A stretch of 64,000 bases of DNA from Podarcis erhardii (Eukaryota): assembly GCA_964252035.1 (NCBI GenBank), contig OZ176207.1. One strand, 5' to 3'. Below the pieces are notes generated by a model that saw nothing but the letters and a program-made list of their open reading frames with translations, ran no database searches and was not told the DNA's origin. Within the stretch, counting starts at the first letter, position 1. Every line of letters starts with the position of its first letter. The translations under genes were made by a program, and so were the position numbers. Positions 48,391 to 61,399 of this stretch are shown one piece after another.

Positions 48391-50018
48391 AGTTATGTAT
48401 GCAGCCAGTTCTTCATACTAAGACTAGAGGATTGCAGTGACACCTGAAGTCTAGCTCCTAATTCTATGATTGGATGCCAATATACAGAAGACAGGATTGC
48501 TACATGTCATTTTAATTCTGAGTTACAATTCTTAAAAAAAAACCATACAACTGTCCTCTTTTAAAAAAAAGTATGAAACAAGGCATTTCCCTCCTCTTTT
48601 CTCAACTACTGACCATACTGTTGCCAAGATGCTACTATGTCAAATATAAAATAACGGTGAAATCCTGGCAAAACAAAAGCCGGAGACAGTACAACTAGTT
48701 TGATGCAAAAATACGACTTGAAAATATAGTCAGTTTGGTATAACAGTAGAGAAGGGTAAATATTGTACACTATGCTATTTGAAATGAGGGAGAAATAAAA
48801 ATGATCACAGCCAGAGAAAGATGGAAAAAATTATGGCCATGTACTGGGTGCTGATCTGGACAATGAAACAGCTGTTTCATCTTTGCTCACTGCACTCAGG
48901 CTTGAAGCTGAAGCTGATGACACCCAATACAATTTTGCCAGCTTTTTGGCACTGCTGGCTGTAACTATAAAGTAAATGAAAGATCAATCTTAAACTGGGT
49001 GGAAAATGATCAAGATGTTGGGTTTTAGCCACAAACCAGCAAGGAAATTGCAGTTGGAAAAAATAGCAAATGACAACTGCACCGCAGCTGGAGAACATGA
49101 GAAGGATTCTTATGCAAGTGATACAACATTGATTTGTTATCTCTATCACTTCTGCACAGCCACCTTAACGTTAGAAGAAGAAAACACTCACCAGTTAATA
49201 GAAAACTAAGCAACTGGAATGTATTTATGAGAATTAAAGATTTCAATTATTCAAATATAACTATGCTAATTATGTCAACTATCTCTAGAAAACTGCTTAA
49301 TATTGAGAAAATACATTCAGTCAGAATTGTTCTGCATTATGAGGAGGTAATATGGCAATTTGCATGTGGCAAATAAAAAGATCCACACCAAAGTTCCTGC
49401 TAATTTTGAAAATGATGTATCTGACAAGAATTGATAAACATATAAAGATACTCAACTGTACTGATATACATTTAAGTGATACCAGAAATGTCTTACAAAA
49501 TTAACAACATCTCAATTCACTGATATGATCAATAGGGTTTCATTTAAAATTTTAAGTTACTGTTTAAATATTGTCACCTCTTTGGTTAGTTGCATCACAT
49601 AAAAGTGCCAGACAAACACCCAAGGTAGATCCTGATCTACTTCACTGGATCAAGTGAACTACATCAGGATCCATCTTTCACATCAACATGGCAGGCCAAT
49701 CTGATTTCAAAACTTTTTTTTTGTTTCTTATAATCCCCTAGCAGCACCAAGTATGAGGCTGCTAGTGTCCTTTGAACAAAATACACACTATACCAACAGT
49801 TGCCTAGCAGTTGCTTCAGCGACAATTCCCTGTTTTTCAAAACTGAGAAATAGTTGAGTCTTTTTAGTCTACCTGCTTTTATATGTCTCTTTTCTGTAAA
49901 AGAAGAAAATTAGTAATTTTGCCACAATAATATGAATAGAGCAAGAGATCAGGTGGAATAAATGACACTTACTTAAGGGCTGGCACATCCCATTTTGCTG
50001 CAAAGTACTGTTCCTACA

Positions 50019-50372
50019 GGGATGCGGGTGGCGCTGTGGGTTAAACCACAGAGCCTAGGACTTGCCGATCAGAAGGTTGGCGGTTCGAATCCCCGCGACG
50101 GGGTGAGCTCCCGTTGCCTGGTCCCTGCTCCTGCCAACCTAGCAGTTTGAAAGCACATCAAGTGCAAGTAGATAAATAGGTACCGCTCCATCGGCAAGGT
50201 AAATGGCGTTTCTGTGCGCTGCTCTAGTTCGCCAGAAGCGGCTTAGTCATGCTGGCCACATGACCCGGAAGCTGTATGCCAGCTCCCTCGGCCAATAAAG
50301 CGAAATGAGCGCCGCAACCCCAGAGTCGGCCACAACTGGACCTAATGGTCAGGGGTCTCTTTACCTTTACCT
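50019..50372 (+). mobile_element. Sauria SINE (Squam1)
   Basis: Full head and tail; 12-bp TSD tactgttcctac at 50006-50017 and 50373-50384. Confidence 0.93.
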
Positions 50373-51842
50373 TACTGTTCCTACTCTGCCGCCTAGCCAC
50401 CTCTGCCCCCTCCTCTGCCAACAGCACAAACCACAGAGAAGCGCCACCAGTGAGATCTTACATGATCTCTCGCGTTCTGTGAGATCTTGCAATATTTTGG
50501 CAAGTTCTCTCCAGAAATCAGTGCTGGTGCCAGTGCCACTTCTCCACCCGTGGTGGAGGCAGCAGGCTAGGGGTGGGATCCACATGGGCGTTGCCTGAGG
50601 CAGCTGATTCACCCTACTTCATGGGTGGGCTGTCCCTGACTTAGTTCCATGCAGAAACTTTAGGATCAGCATTGAAATGGGGGGGGGGGGCAAAGGCACA
50701 TAAAAACAAAATCTAAATCCACATTAAAACACAAACATATTAGACTGCTATTCTGGGAAACCAATAACACAATGTGAAAAGGAGAGGAAGCATGCAATGG
50801 TTTTTGCATGCGTTCGTTTTCTTCAGCAGCTCTCCTCACCACACCACACCACACCACAAACTGTTTTTAAAAGTCTCACAAGTTTGGAAAGTAGGTTCTG
50901 TGAGTTCAACAACAGGAGCTGTGAAGCAAAAGGAAAGGAAAAGCCAGAGGACACAGGAAGATCTGGCATGTGCACTTTGGACTGACTCAGTCACAACATT
51001 CTGCTTCAATAAGCCACATGAGCTTTCTGAAAGAATGCATCATTTAAAAGAAGTGCTCAGTTATTTTTAAGGCTCTGAAAACATCTGTGCCATGGCACCG
51101 TGTATGAAGTATTAAAAATTTCAAATTCTCATCTCTGGAATGCTAAGGATGTATGACCCACATGAAAAAAAAAACGAATTTCATGGCTCAGAAAGGGTTG
51201 TGATGACGGATTTATGCTATTTTGTTCTCTAGAAAGAGAATTGAATTAGGCTCCTGAACAATGCAGTGTGTTTTATTAGTGCATTATTTCTTTTTTGTAT
51301 TTTTTATTATTCTTTCATTTTATAATGTATATAAAACAGAGGTAACAATTACAGCAGGCAAAAATTAACAGATGAAAAACAAAGCCATAAAATATGAATG
51401 TAGAATGATTAGTCGCAAATGAGTTAAAATAACAAAGACTAGTGCACTATTTCTGAAATCCAAAATGAACTGAATAAAAACAAAAGCAATGAAAGAAGTG
51501 AGATTTCAGCTTACTTATTCAACATCATTATTGAAAACACTTTTCTACTGGAGGCTACTACAACTGAGCAAAATATAATGAATAGCTCCACATTTCAAAA
51601 ACAGTTCTACTTACATAGAATAATACACTGTTACCTTTATTACATTACCACTTTGGAACTGACATGATGGCAATAAAAGAGAGTCACACAACAATAAAAA
51701 TAGAACCTTATACTTTTCAATATAAAGTCACAGCCATTTCCTGGTATATAAAGAAATGGATGTGTGCCAACTATCAAGCTGCAGTTACTGATGCTACATT
51801 TTCTTCAAAGGCAATTTACGGGTTTTTTACATTAAAAATCTA

Positions 51843-52000
51843 GACTCAGCCACCATAATGGACATGATCTGAAGACACATGATACAGCAACTTTGTTAAT
51901 GCTAAGCAGGACTGGTTTGGTCAATGCCTGAATGGGAGACCAAAAAGAAATCCTATTTATACCACTCTGAGTTCTATAGAAGGAAGATGGAATATAAATG
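51843..52000 (+). mobile_element. Degraded 5S rRNA-derived SINE-like sequence
   Basis: gctaagcaggactggtttggtcaatgcctgaatgggagacc resembles 5S gctaagcagggtcgggcctggttagtacttggatgggagacc; L2-like tail follows. Confidence 0.45.
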
Positions 52001-53614
52001 GGAGGGAGAGGGGAGAGAGAGAATATAACTGGGTGACTCACCTAATTAATAGCAAAGTAAACAGCAATAAAGAAGCGGCAAAATATCCAATAGCATATTT
52101 ATTATAAGAACAGCTTTTCACGTTTTCTGTTTTGATTCTGCCCGTATCCTTTATACAACATCCACCGGAGCACAAATTAGCATTTATTTCAGAATGGAAT
52201 TGCATATTTTTACATATTTATTTGGTGCCTCAAGTTGGAGCCAAGGGGCCAAGTCCACCATTATTACCAATTCCCACGGATAGGAGAACAGTTGTGTAGC
52301 ACTGGAATTGTCTTAAGGGGAAGTAGGTCAAATGTCTGACACATTTTTGGCACAGATCCCTCTTCTATAGAACTCACATCCTGGGTCTCACTCACATGTA
52401 TGGTTTACAATATGTCTGAACCAATGTAACCATTGTTGGCTCTCAGACAAGAGACTGAAACTTTTACCTAGTATGGTTTGTTAAGTGGAGTACCTAACAT
52501 CTGAAGTGGGCCATAGTCCTTCAACACTGTTGTCCAGATTAAGTACACGCAGAGTGGTTGAGTGTTTGTGTGCCAATTGCACACACAGAAAAGTGGGACC
52601 TGAATGACCTTTTTTTGTGACACGAAGCCTCCTCCTCCTCTCTGGATGACCCTAAGACAAAGCTTAATAAAGAACAGCAAGAGTCATCTGTTGTTGAGAA
52701 CCGCGGAATCACCAATAGTATGGAGATGATTTATAACTGGTCCTCATACAAACAAATAAACCTTCCATGTCTATAAACTATTAACTCTCACTGTTCTCAT
52801 TTCTTTGTGCAAACAAAAGTGTTATGGTAGTTGGAAGTATCTACATGACGTTTCACTACACTGTATGCTGCATGAAGAGGAATCAACACAAACAAAGGGA
52901 TGTGAGTGGAGAACTCTGGTCTGCCCCAAGGTAATGAGGTGTGTCTGACTCTGTTTCTAACAGCAATGCATCAGGCACAGACATTTGCAAAGGAAAGCCT
53001 TTCTCTAACAGACATTTACACCTAACGCTGCACAGCCCTGCAGCCTCATTCCACTCACAATTCCCCTTCACGCAATGCACACGTGTCTTAATTTTGTGTC
53101 TAAATTGATCTCCACTAGAAAACTGTATTTCAAGGGAGGCTGACAAATATAGAACACTACAGTTATTTTTAATGCAGATATTGTCTTGATGTAGACCAGA
53201 TGGTTAGAGGGGAACACATGTGGACATATGCTTTCCCCCCTCTCTTGAACAGTCGCAAGATTGTATAGAATGCACAATAATTACATGGCTTTTACCTAAC
53301 CTTTTAATGCATCACTGTGGAAAATATCTAAAGCCACAGAGCAAGCATTACAGGGTATATTTTCAAAGCTGGGGAAGAGGCTTTCTATTTGTTGAAGTCA
53401 ATGGGATTAATGCGGCCAAACCCACATGTTTTTTTTTTGGAAAACATTAACTAAAATGTAGCAAATAGTAGACTGACCCTCAAAAATGAGCATTATCAAG
53501 GGTACTCAGTTTGACATTTCCCCTGAGTGAATGCTAACTATTTTAAGTCCTAAATTAAAGTACCCAGCCATAGATCAATAAACTGTTTATTTACGCTAAA
53601 AAAGACATATGCTG

Positions 53615-53770
53615 AGAGAGCTGGTGTGGTGGCTAGAGTGTCACCACAGGACTAGGAGGACCAAATTTCAAATCTCAACACAGCTGTGAAGGCTATTTGG
53701 TGAACTTGGGCCTGCTGCCATCTCTGGCCTTATTTGCCTCAAACAGTGGTTTTGAGGGGGGGAAATGCAC
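53615..53770 (+). mobile_element. Old Squam3-like tRNA SINE
   Basis: gagagctggtgtggtggctagagtg...ggactaggaggacc...tttcaaatc...ggtgaacttgggcc. Confidence 0.6.
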
Positions 53771-53798
53771 AGGGGAGAGAAATGTGCCACCTTGTGCC

Positions 53799-53799
<1 letters not shown>

Positions 53800-53829
<30 letters not shown>

Positions 53830-53850
53830 TGTTAGTTGGTTAGTTAGTTA
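53800..53850. repeat. (TATG)n/(GTTA)n microsatellite
   Basis: Tandem tetranucleotides. Confidence 0.85.
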
Positions 53851-54153
53851 AGTGTCTGGTATACAGATTGTATATTACACATAGCAGATCAGAGACCAGT
53901 CTAAGGATGTTTAAAGGGAATTAATGAAGTCTGGGCCTTGCTGGTACTTTGGATAAAAGACAAATTTGCCATTCTGAGCTCCTTGAAGGCTGGTATGAAT
54001 AAAAATAGTATTTTCCTACCTCATGGTTCACCACATGGTATAAAATTAACACAATACTATTGATGGTCTCCTTCATATTTTTTTTTTAAAAGCTTCTTTA
54101 TACCTCAGCAACGGCATTTAAAGTGATTATTATTTCTTTTCAACACCAATATC

Positions 54154-54560
54154 TGTCATGAATTGGCAGGATGATGGGAAGGAGAAAGAGGATCCCATGA
54201 GGGGTGCAGCCAGGACTACGACATACTGGAGCAAGCTGGGGATGGGGAAGGAAGTACTCACAGGGTGATGGAGGATGGTGAGGAAATGGGGGTCAATTCA
54301 CAGAAACCAGAGTAGCAGGACCCATCACCAGAGGGGCCCCTGTCCCCATGAACACGGCAGACTCTGAGGCATAGGGAACAGCAGGAGGGGTGCTTTAGTT
54401 GGCTAAGGCAGGCAAAGGCCCAGGGCCCAGCTCTCTAGCTGGCCAGGTGAGGCTCGCTAGCTGTGGGAGGAGGTGTGTGATTCCTCAACTGGAGGAGGTA
54501 CAGAACAGGTGAGGGCCACATGCCTCATCAAGCTCAGATGCTGCAATCAGCATGTAAAGG
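54154..54560. mobile_element. Possible degraded solo LTR
   Basis: Starts tgtcatgaattggcagg and forms a purine/GC-rich island. The end is not resolved. Confidence 0.3.
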
Positions 54561-57236
54561 TACAAAAGTAACCAAGTGGATTTATAAAGGAGTATATTAG
54601 AAAAATTGATGTTATTAATTATATAACAAAAGCAATATCAAAAACATTCAGTGGAGGCAGGTCCACTATGGGACAGCCCTCCCAAGGAAAATGTCAAGCA
54701 GTTAAAAATATATATCCCCCACAAAATGTCAACGTCACACACTCTTTCTTGTCCCAGACACATTTTATACTTCTGTTTGGACGTGGAGAAGCTCTGCAAG
54801 CATTTCTGTCAATCTACAGTTCTCTAGCCAATCAGGTCTCTGTAAAAGTACAGAGTGGGCACACAGGTCCCTCCCCTGTGTCTCTAAACATGAAACCATG
54901 TGACTGGATGGTCTGGAGGGCTACCTTGGAGGGCAGTCCAAGCATGCTCATGGCTGCCCTAGGGCAATGCCCAGACTTCAAAGCACATTCATTTTAGCTA
55001 GCATGGCGAAGGGTGTGGTTGCTAGTTGAGAGCAGCTAGCTTTTCGTTAGTATTTGTTAGGAAGAAAACAATGGTGAGGTGTGCGAATATCTTTCAATAT
55101 TATCAACTTTTAACTTTATACTTTGCAAATATTTTGTGATAGAGGGAGAAGGATATGGAGAAGAAATGGTGGGTGGCTTCTGTGTGTGTTGTAATTTTTA
55201 ACACGTGTGTAACTGGAACTACAGGTTTTGTTCATGTGTGTTTGGGTTTGAGACAAGTTCTGAGGTTCTGCATTCCTGTGTTTTAGGTTTAAAAATGCTA
55301 CATGGGAGTTGTTTGTTTAGATACTGTGAAAACAGGATGCTGGACTAGATGGGCTTTTTCCCTGATCCGGCAGGATATTATACTGTGGTGCTTATACGAT
55401 GAATGCAAAGGCTACCTGTTGTGGGATCATCTTATTACATAGCAGCAAAGGTTCCTCACTGGTGATGCTGGTGAATTCTGTGCATGTTCGTGGCATTTCT
55501 TTCTGAAACTTATACTTACTAATGCTATCTCCTCTGGGAGAGGAAGATTTGGTTTGAGAAGAGGAAGAATCAGTGGTGCTAATTGTTAAACCACTTAGAC
55601 AGTATGACCTCCTAGCAGCCCCACTAAGTCTAGTGGGCACTGGCCACCCCATTAAATATGTATATTAGACTTTGAAGGCATATTTCACACTGGGTCATCT
55701 CCTGTTTTTGCAGCCCACAAGCACAACAACCATTCCGCTACTGGGAAAATTGCTCTCAGCACAGTGCAACAGCCCAATCTATCGAGTGTTTTGTGCTTGT
55801 GACAGATGCTGCACAGCCACTAGGGCAGCAGTTATTATTGTTACATTCTGTGACAGTTAAGTTTGTGCAACGACATCAGCTCCTAAACTTTTCCCACTAC
55901 CTTTATATTCCCCTTGAATCTTCCCCTTTGTTAATGCATATACTGTTTAAAGATCGGGTGCGTCCCCAGGTGTTGTGGCATCAGCAGCACAGCTTAGACT
56001 CTGGACAGCCTGGGTGATAATCATAACTGGATGATATACTGGATGATTATGAACTTGGTTTTCCATAAATCAACACTTTTAGCTGAGCTTAAGTTATCTG
56101 TTTTTCCTTTTAAAAAAAGAAAGAAATACTGTATTTTACTAGTGATCAGTAAAGAAAGTCAGAAGGTATTATGCAGATTTATGCAGGCATTCATAAACTT
56201 TTTCATGGACCTTTACTATTTTTTTTTAAAGCTGAATGTCCACATTGTTCACTATTCAAAATGGGGAGAAATGTTCAGATACATGCGAAAGCCAAATGCA
56301 GATATGGGAAAACATCCTCTTTTGCCCCTAAAGCACTAACCACATAGTTGCAACAGGAACTACATAGATCCTTATTCAAATATGTAACAGCCGCTACGAT
56401 TTGGCTTGTGTTTTCATTTGCAGTGGGAAAAGCACAAATATGACATATGTTGCTATATTCTGAAAGCATAAGGCTCCTGACTAAAGTTATGTTTAAAGAA
56501 GAATGTCCATGAACAATACAATACCAAGTTCAACTTTTAGCTAGCCATTAAAGAAGCAGCTTAACATATTAACACCTTGATTTAAAACTCTTATTAATCC
56601 TGTTTGCAAATATATCATTCAGATGTTGCTGAAGTGTAACTCTCATCTTCCCTGGCTATTGGCCATTCTCTCTAGGGCTGATAGGAATTGGGAGTCCAAC
56701 AACATATGGACAGCCACAGGTTAGCCTCTCCTGCTGCAAAGTATGCTACCTATACAGTATATTATTACACACGGGTCAGAAAACCTAGCGTGAATATCAA
56801 TGTATCACTAAGCAGGGTAAGGACTTCACCCCCTGCACCCCCTAAACCTGTAATGGGAGTTCCCCCAACTCCCTAGAGAAGATTTAGGAGGCATGAAGGG
56901 AAAGTAGGATGGGGAGTCCTATTATGTGTGTGGACCTCATTCCTTACTTCCCAGGGATCAGAAAACATAACTTCACACAGTCAGAAAAATGTTCCTTGTG
57001 GCTGCCATTCAATGGTGGCATGCTTACCCCCTAGAGAACAGCCAAAGATATATCTGGCTATCTTCTATAAATAATGTAACCTTTTCTTTTAATCTGGGCA
57101 TAAATCATTAAAATGAAGTCAGTTTTCACACAAATTACCTGTTTAAAGATACATTTTTTACATTAGAGAGGATAAAATCTGTTGATTTTATTAGTTACAT
57201 TTTCAATGATGCTGTCCTCAAAGGGGGTAAACTAAA

Positions 57237-57237
<1 letters not shown>

Positions 57238-57279
<42 letters not shown>

Positions 57280-57315
57280 TAGATAGATGATAGATAGACA
57301 GATGATAGATAGATA
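57238..57315. repeat. (GATA)n microsatellite
   Basis: Long tandem gata run. Confidence 0.95.
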
Positions 57316-57506
57316 GCACACACTTATACAGTGAACATAAAATAAGGCAACAACTAACAAAACAGAAGACTCCTATTTTTAACAATAAGCACAGCAAGAT
57401 ACTTCTATAGGATGCAGGATGATGGCATTCATTTTCTCTCCCACTAATGTAGACAAGACATTCTACTTAAGTACACAGAAAGAGAAGGAATTTCAGTATT
57501 TCTTAC

Positions 57507-57616
57507 CTGCTGCATTGGTCTGCTGCTTCGCTTCTGAGGCTGGTACGTGAGCCAAGTATATAAAATCGGATCGATATTGACTGTTAATCCCTGCATGCTG
57601 GCCAAAAGCACGGCTC
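57507..57616 (-). CDS. VPS13B: VPS13B coding exon (~human exon 20), 110 nt, phase 1->0
   Basis: Minus strand tatgtag|GAGCCGTG...ATGCAGCAG|gtaaga. Translates (G)AVLLASMQGLTVNIDPILYTWLTYQPQKRSSRPMQQ, matching recalled human GAVLLCSIQGLAVNIDPILYTWLIYQPQKRTSRHMQQ. Confidence 0.95.
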
Positions 57617-58005
57617 CTACATAACAAAAGAAATAACAAAGATGTACAGATTACACACATGGGGAAAAAATGTTTTAAAAAATCCCTCTCATCTCGGACA
57701 CACCGTGGGTAGCAATATCCCAAACACCTATACTCGTTATTTTCTACAGAACCCCATATATAATTCTGGGGCAGTTTCCAATACAAAAAAACAGTATAAA
57801 AGTCAACATTAGAAGGAAGGTTGAGGAGTGGCAGCTGCAATGCTGGGTACTCTATCATTACATAGTACATTTTGGAGGGACCCATTCCATGGTTTTAAGT
57901 TCAAAAATTGCAATTATTTTCCATTAAGTAGCCACAAGCAGAATACACCTTAAAAACTGAATTATTGAGTTAGAGCATCAGGTGGTTTTACATGAACACC
58001 AGTCA

Positions 58006-58379
58006 CAGTATTTTTCCATCTATAAGACTATGTTTTTTTCTTTAAAAATCATGCTAAAAACTGGAGGTCCTCTTATACATGGGTAGTGCATAGGGTAGAC
58101 GTTTGATTGGTTGCTGCCGTGGCTGTCAGTAGCTATTGTGCGTGTGTTTGTTGCTGCGTCAATGGGTGGTGTTGATTGGCTGACGCTCTGGCAGTTGGGT
58201 GGGTGATAGGCAGCTTCTGCCAGTGATGGGACGCAGATTTTGTGATGCGTGCGGGTGAGCAATTCCCCACGCCCAAGCTCAACAGCTCTGTGCCATTACC
58301 CCCAATTTTCTTAAATTTGAGTCCCTAAAAATAGGGGGCATCTTATACATGGGGGCATCTTATAGATGGAAAAGTATGG
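58006..58379. mobile_element. Tc1/mariner MITE related to 22431-22688
   Basis: Ends cagtatttttccatctataaga / tcttatagatggaaaagtatgg, TA on the right flank. Confidence 0.8.
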
Positions 58380-58405
58380 TACAAGTTTATTTTACAACAG
58401 CACTG

Positions 58406-58407
<2 letters not shown>

Positions 58408-58464
<57 letters not shown>
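58408..58464. repeat. (CT)n(GT)n compound microsatellite
   Basis: Direct reading. Confidence 0.95.
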
Positions 58465-59490
58465 TAGTGAGAGCAACACTTAGTGAGAGCCCTTATATAT
58501 TGCCATGGGAATACTACATCAAAAGATTAAAACATAAAAGACTTCTAGGTCATGGTTACATAGTATCTAATTCAATTAAAATACCAAAAACTGAAGAGTT
58601 GATCTTGTTCTCCTAAAAGTTAGCAAAAGAAGAAAAAAAAATTCTATCAGCTCTACTGGTATCAGGGTGTCATCATAAATTTGCAGAAGATTTTTAGAGA
58701 CAGGTGTTAGACAAATGCCTTTTCTTTTTAAGAAATAATTATAGTAACTCAAATTTATTGAAATGCATTCCAAAATGTCTTAAGCATATTTAATTATTAA
58801 TAAATCTTACATGGATTTCAATAGGATTTTTTTGCAATAAACCAATGTATGATTGTAGTATGAGTGCAATGGCCCTTAATTTACTGCAATTTCCAAAAAA
58901 GTAGCAAGTCAGCCTTTGTTGTCAATTTTTTGGCCACTCTTGTATCTGGCAAATAACGGAATATACAGGGCTAAAACCACTTGCCTCTGTGCAATGTATA
59001 TTAACATAGAAGTAGCTATACATATGCCAGTTCAGAAATCTTCCACATTTTTTATTAAAGAGATATTGGAAACATTAGCGTAATCACAAAATCCATAATG
59101 TGTTGAATCCATAATGTGTTGAATAAGGCAGTAAATAATAATACATGTGAATAAAAAACCCCATTTACTTAAAAAAAAATTGACTTGAAAATATGTTTGC
59201 AAATGTTTATGTATTTCGTGTATATGGAAGCCCTGTTTTTTTTTTTCATATGAAGTGTCATATTCTTTCATGCTCACGTGATCCAGGGGAGGAGGCTTCT
59301 AAGTAAAACACTAACCATCATAAAACAATTATCATACCGCTGTCCTTTGGAAGTAGACAGATATTAAGAGAAATTAATTAGAGTTTAAATGACTCCCAAG
59401 CATTTAACCTTCTTAAAGCTAAAATAGTAATGCATTTTTTTGTAATCTAATACTCAGTATAAATATTCAGCATGAAACTTAATGGCATTT

Positions 59491-59735
59491 GAGAGCCAGT
59501 GTGGTGTAGTGGTTAAGAGCAGTAGACTCCTAATCTGGTGAACCGGGTTCGATTCCCCACTCCTCCACATGCAGCTGCTGGGTGACCTTGGGCTAGTCAC
59601 ACTTCTTTGAAGTCTCTCAGCCTCACTCACCTCACAGAGTGTTTGTTGTGGGGAGGAAGGGAAAGGAGAATGTAAGCCGCTTTGAGACTCCTTCGGGTAG
59701 TGATAAAGCGGGATATCAAATCCACCCAAACTCTT
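59491..59735 (+). mobile_element. Squam3 (B-type) tRNA-derived SINE
   Basis: gagagccagtgtggtgtagtggttaagagc (A box), ggttcgattcc (B box), agccgctttgagactcc...aaagcgggatatcaaatcc tail. Confidence 0.9.
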
Positions 59736-59945
59736 GTTTTCTACACAGCATAGCAAACTTTGCCGTTCTAATAACGTGAAAGGTTTCTGTAGCTAAGAAT
59801 ATGATTCTGGCAAGCATGTATTTTAGTAATGGAGGTGGCAGCAAGAGACTCCAGTGAACTAACAAGAAGCATTCTAAACATTCATAGCCTATTAGTATTA
59901 CACAAATTGATATGGCCAATTAAACATATTCAGCTTCTAATATCA

Positions 59946-60083
59946 CTGGCACAGGCAAACTCAGCCCTCCAGATGTTTTTGGGACTACAACTCCCATCAT
60001 CCCTTGACCATTGGTCCTGTTAGCTAGGGATGATAGGACTTGTAGTCCCAAAACATCTGGAGGGCTGTGTTTGCCTGTGCCTG
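59946..60083. mobile_element. Palindromic hAT-type MITE
   Basis: TIR c(t/a)ggcacaggcaaac(t/a)cagccctccagatg; 8-bp TSD taatatc(a/c). Degraded relatives near 2170-2235, 43820-43870 and 56610-56730. Confidence 0.85.
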
Positions 60084-61399
60084 TAATATCCAATGGAAAA
60101 ACTAAGTTAGGTTCTCTATGCAACGCAGAAGGGGTGTGGGTGGGTGCATGTTTGAGTGTGATTTTAATGCACATGAGCCTATAAATAGCACAACTTATCC
60201 CGTATGAATGTGAGCAAACAACTTTCATTTTGTATACAAGACAATCTGGTACATAACAGACTATAAATCACTAAAAGGAAATATCCAACTGTCTCTAATT
60301 TTAGTATAGCAGACAACATTTGGTGTTTTGATGCTACTGCATACTGCCAAAACACTGACATTCCAAGCATACTTTTCCAATTGGATACTCCAGAGTACTG
60401 TGATAATTTTCAGTTATAGCTGAAGCTGAAGCAGAGGCTAAAGAGTCTCTTATACAGCATGAAAATTCAAACACACACACACAAGTTTTATCAGGTAAGA
60501 ATCAAAATTCATTGAGGTTTTGCCATAGACTTCAATGGAATGTCCCTGCATTTCATTCTGAAACCAGGAAACGCACCCCCACTCCCAGAAATCAACAATT
60601 CTCCTGTTAAGCATCTATGCATAATATAAGAAGCTAAATTATTTTCTGCAATAATAAAGTTTTCTGTGAAAAAATAATCTGATATCCCTGCTGTTCTCTG
60701 AAGACTACTTTCAATGATGCCCTTGCGCTGTATGTACTGTACTGGCATACCCAGTATGTCAAGCTGGAGCAATAAGGCCTTTTCACTAGTTGTACTCAGG
60801 CTTTGGAACTCCCCCCCCCCCACAAAGGCACTCACCTTGCCCCCTCTTTAATGTCCTTCAGATGGAATTGTAGAAATCTTCCTTTTTGGGCTTTGGACCA
60901 TGAGCAATAATAGCTTTCTCACTGAACTGCTTTTAACTTACTGTAACAAGTTTGGTAAATTTGCTTTGAATGGCTGTTTGCATTTCCTATATTTTTAGTT
61001 AAGTGTGCTGCTTTTTAGTTTTCGTTATTTTAATTATTGTTAGCTGCCTTGCACTCTATTAAGAAAAGACAAGAGTATAAATGCTTCAAATCAAGGGTGG
61101 TTAAACCCTTTTCAGCCCAATGACCACCTTCTCTCATGGGCTGCCTTGCACAAGCTGGCCAGACACAGTGATAGATGGAAGTTTTTTATATGTAGGTTTT
61201 GTAAAGCCATGCTTTCAGTCCTCTGGAAAGAAAAGCAAGAACCAGAGTAATGTAGATTATGTTTGCTCTAACTTACAGAACATGTCATGTTCCAGTTTCT
61301 ATGCACCTTGACTGGCTAGGAGACATTGTCTGCTGCTCTACTTCAGACATCAAAATGTCTTTGACAAGTCCAAATGGTTTTAGACATATCATCCATGAA

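Noticed and set aside
59491-59570. tRNA-like A and B boxes as a tRNA gene (also at the SINE heads 10288, 31575 and 50019)
   Set aside because: No full cloverleaf forms, and the sequence continues into SINE body and tail.
60484-60496. agttttatcaggt, a partial match to miR-875-5p (a VPS13B-intronic miRNA in mammals)
   Set aside because: It lacks the seed and a hairpin. As I recall, the miR-599/875 cluster lies further 3' in the gene, outside this window.
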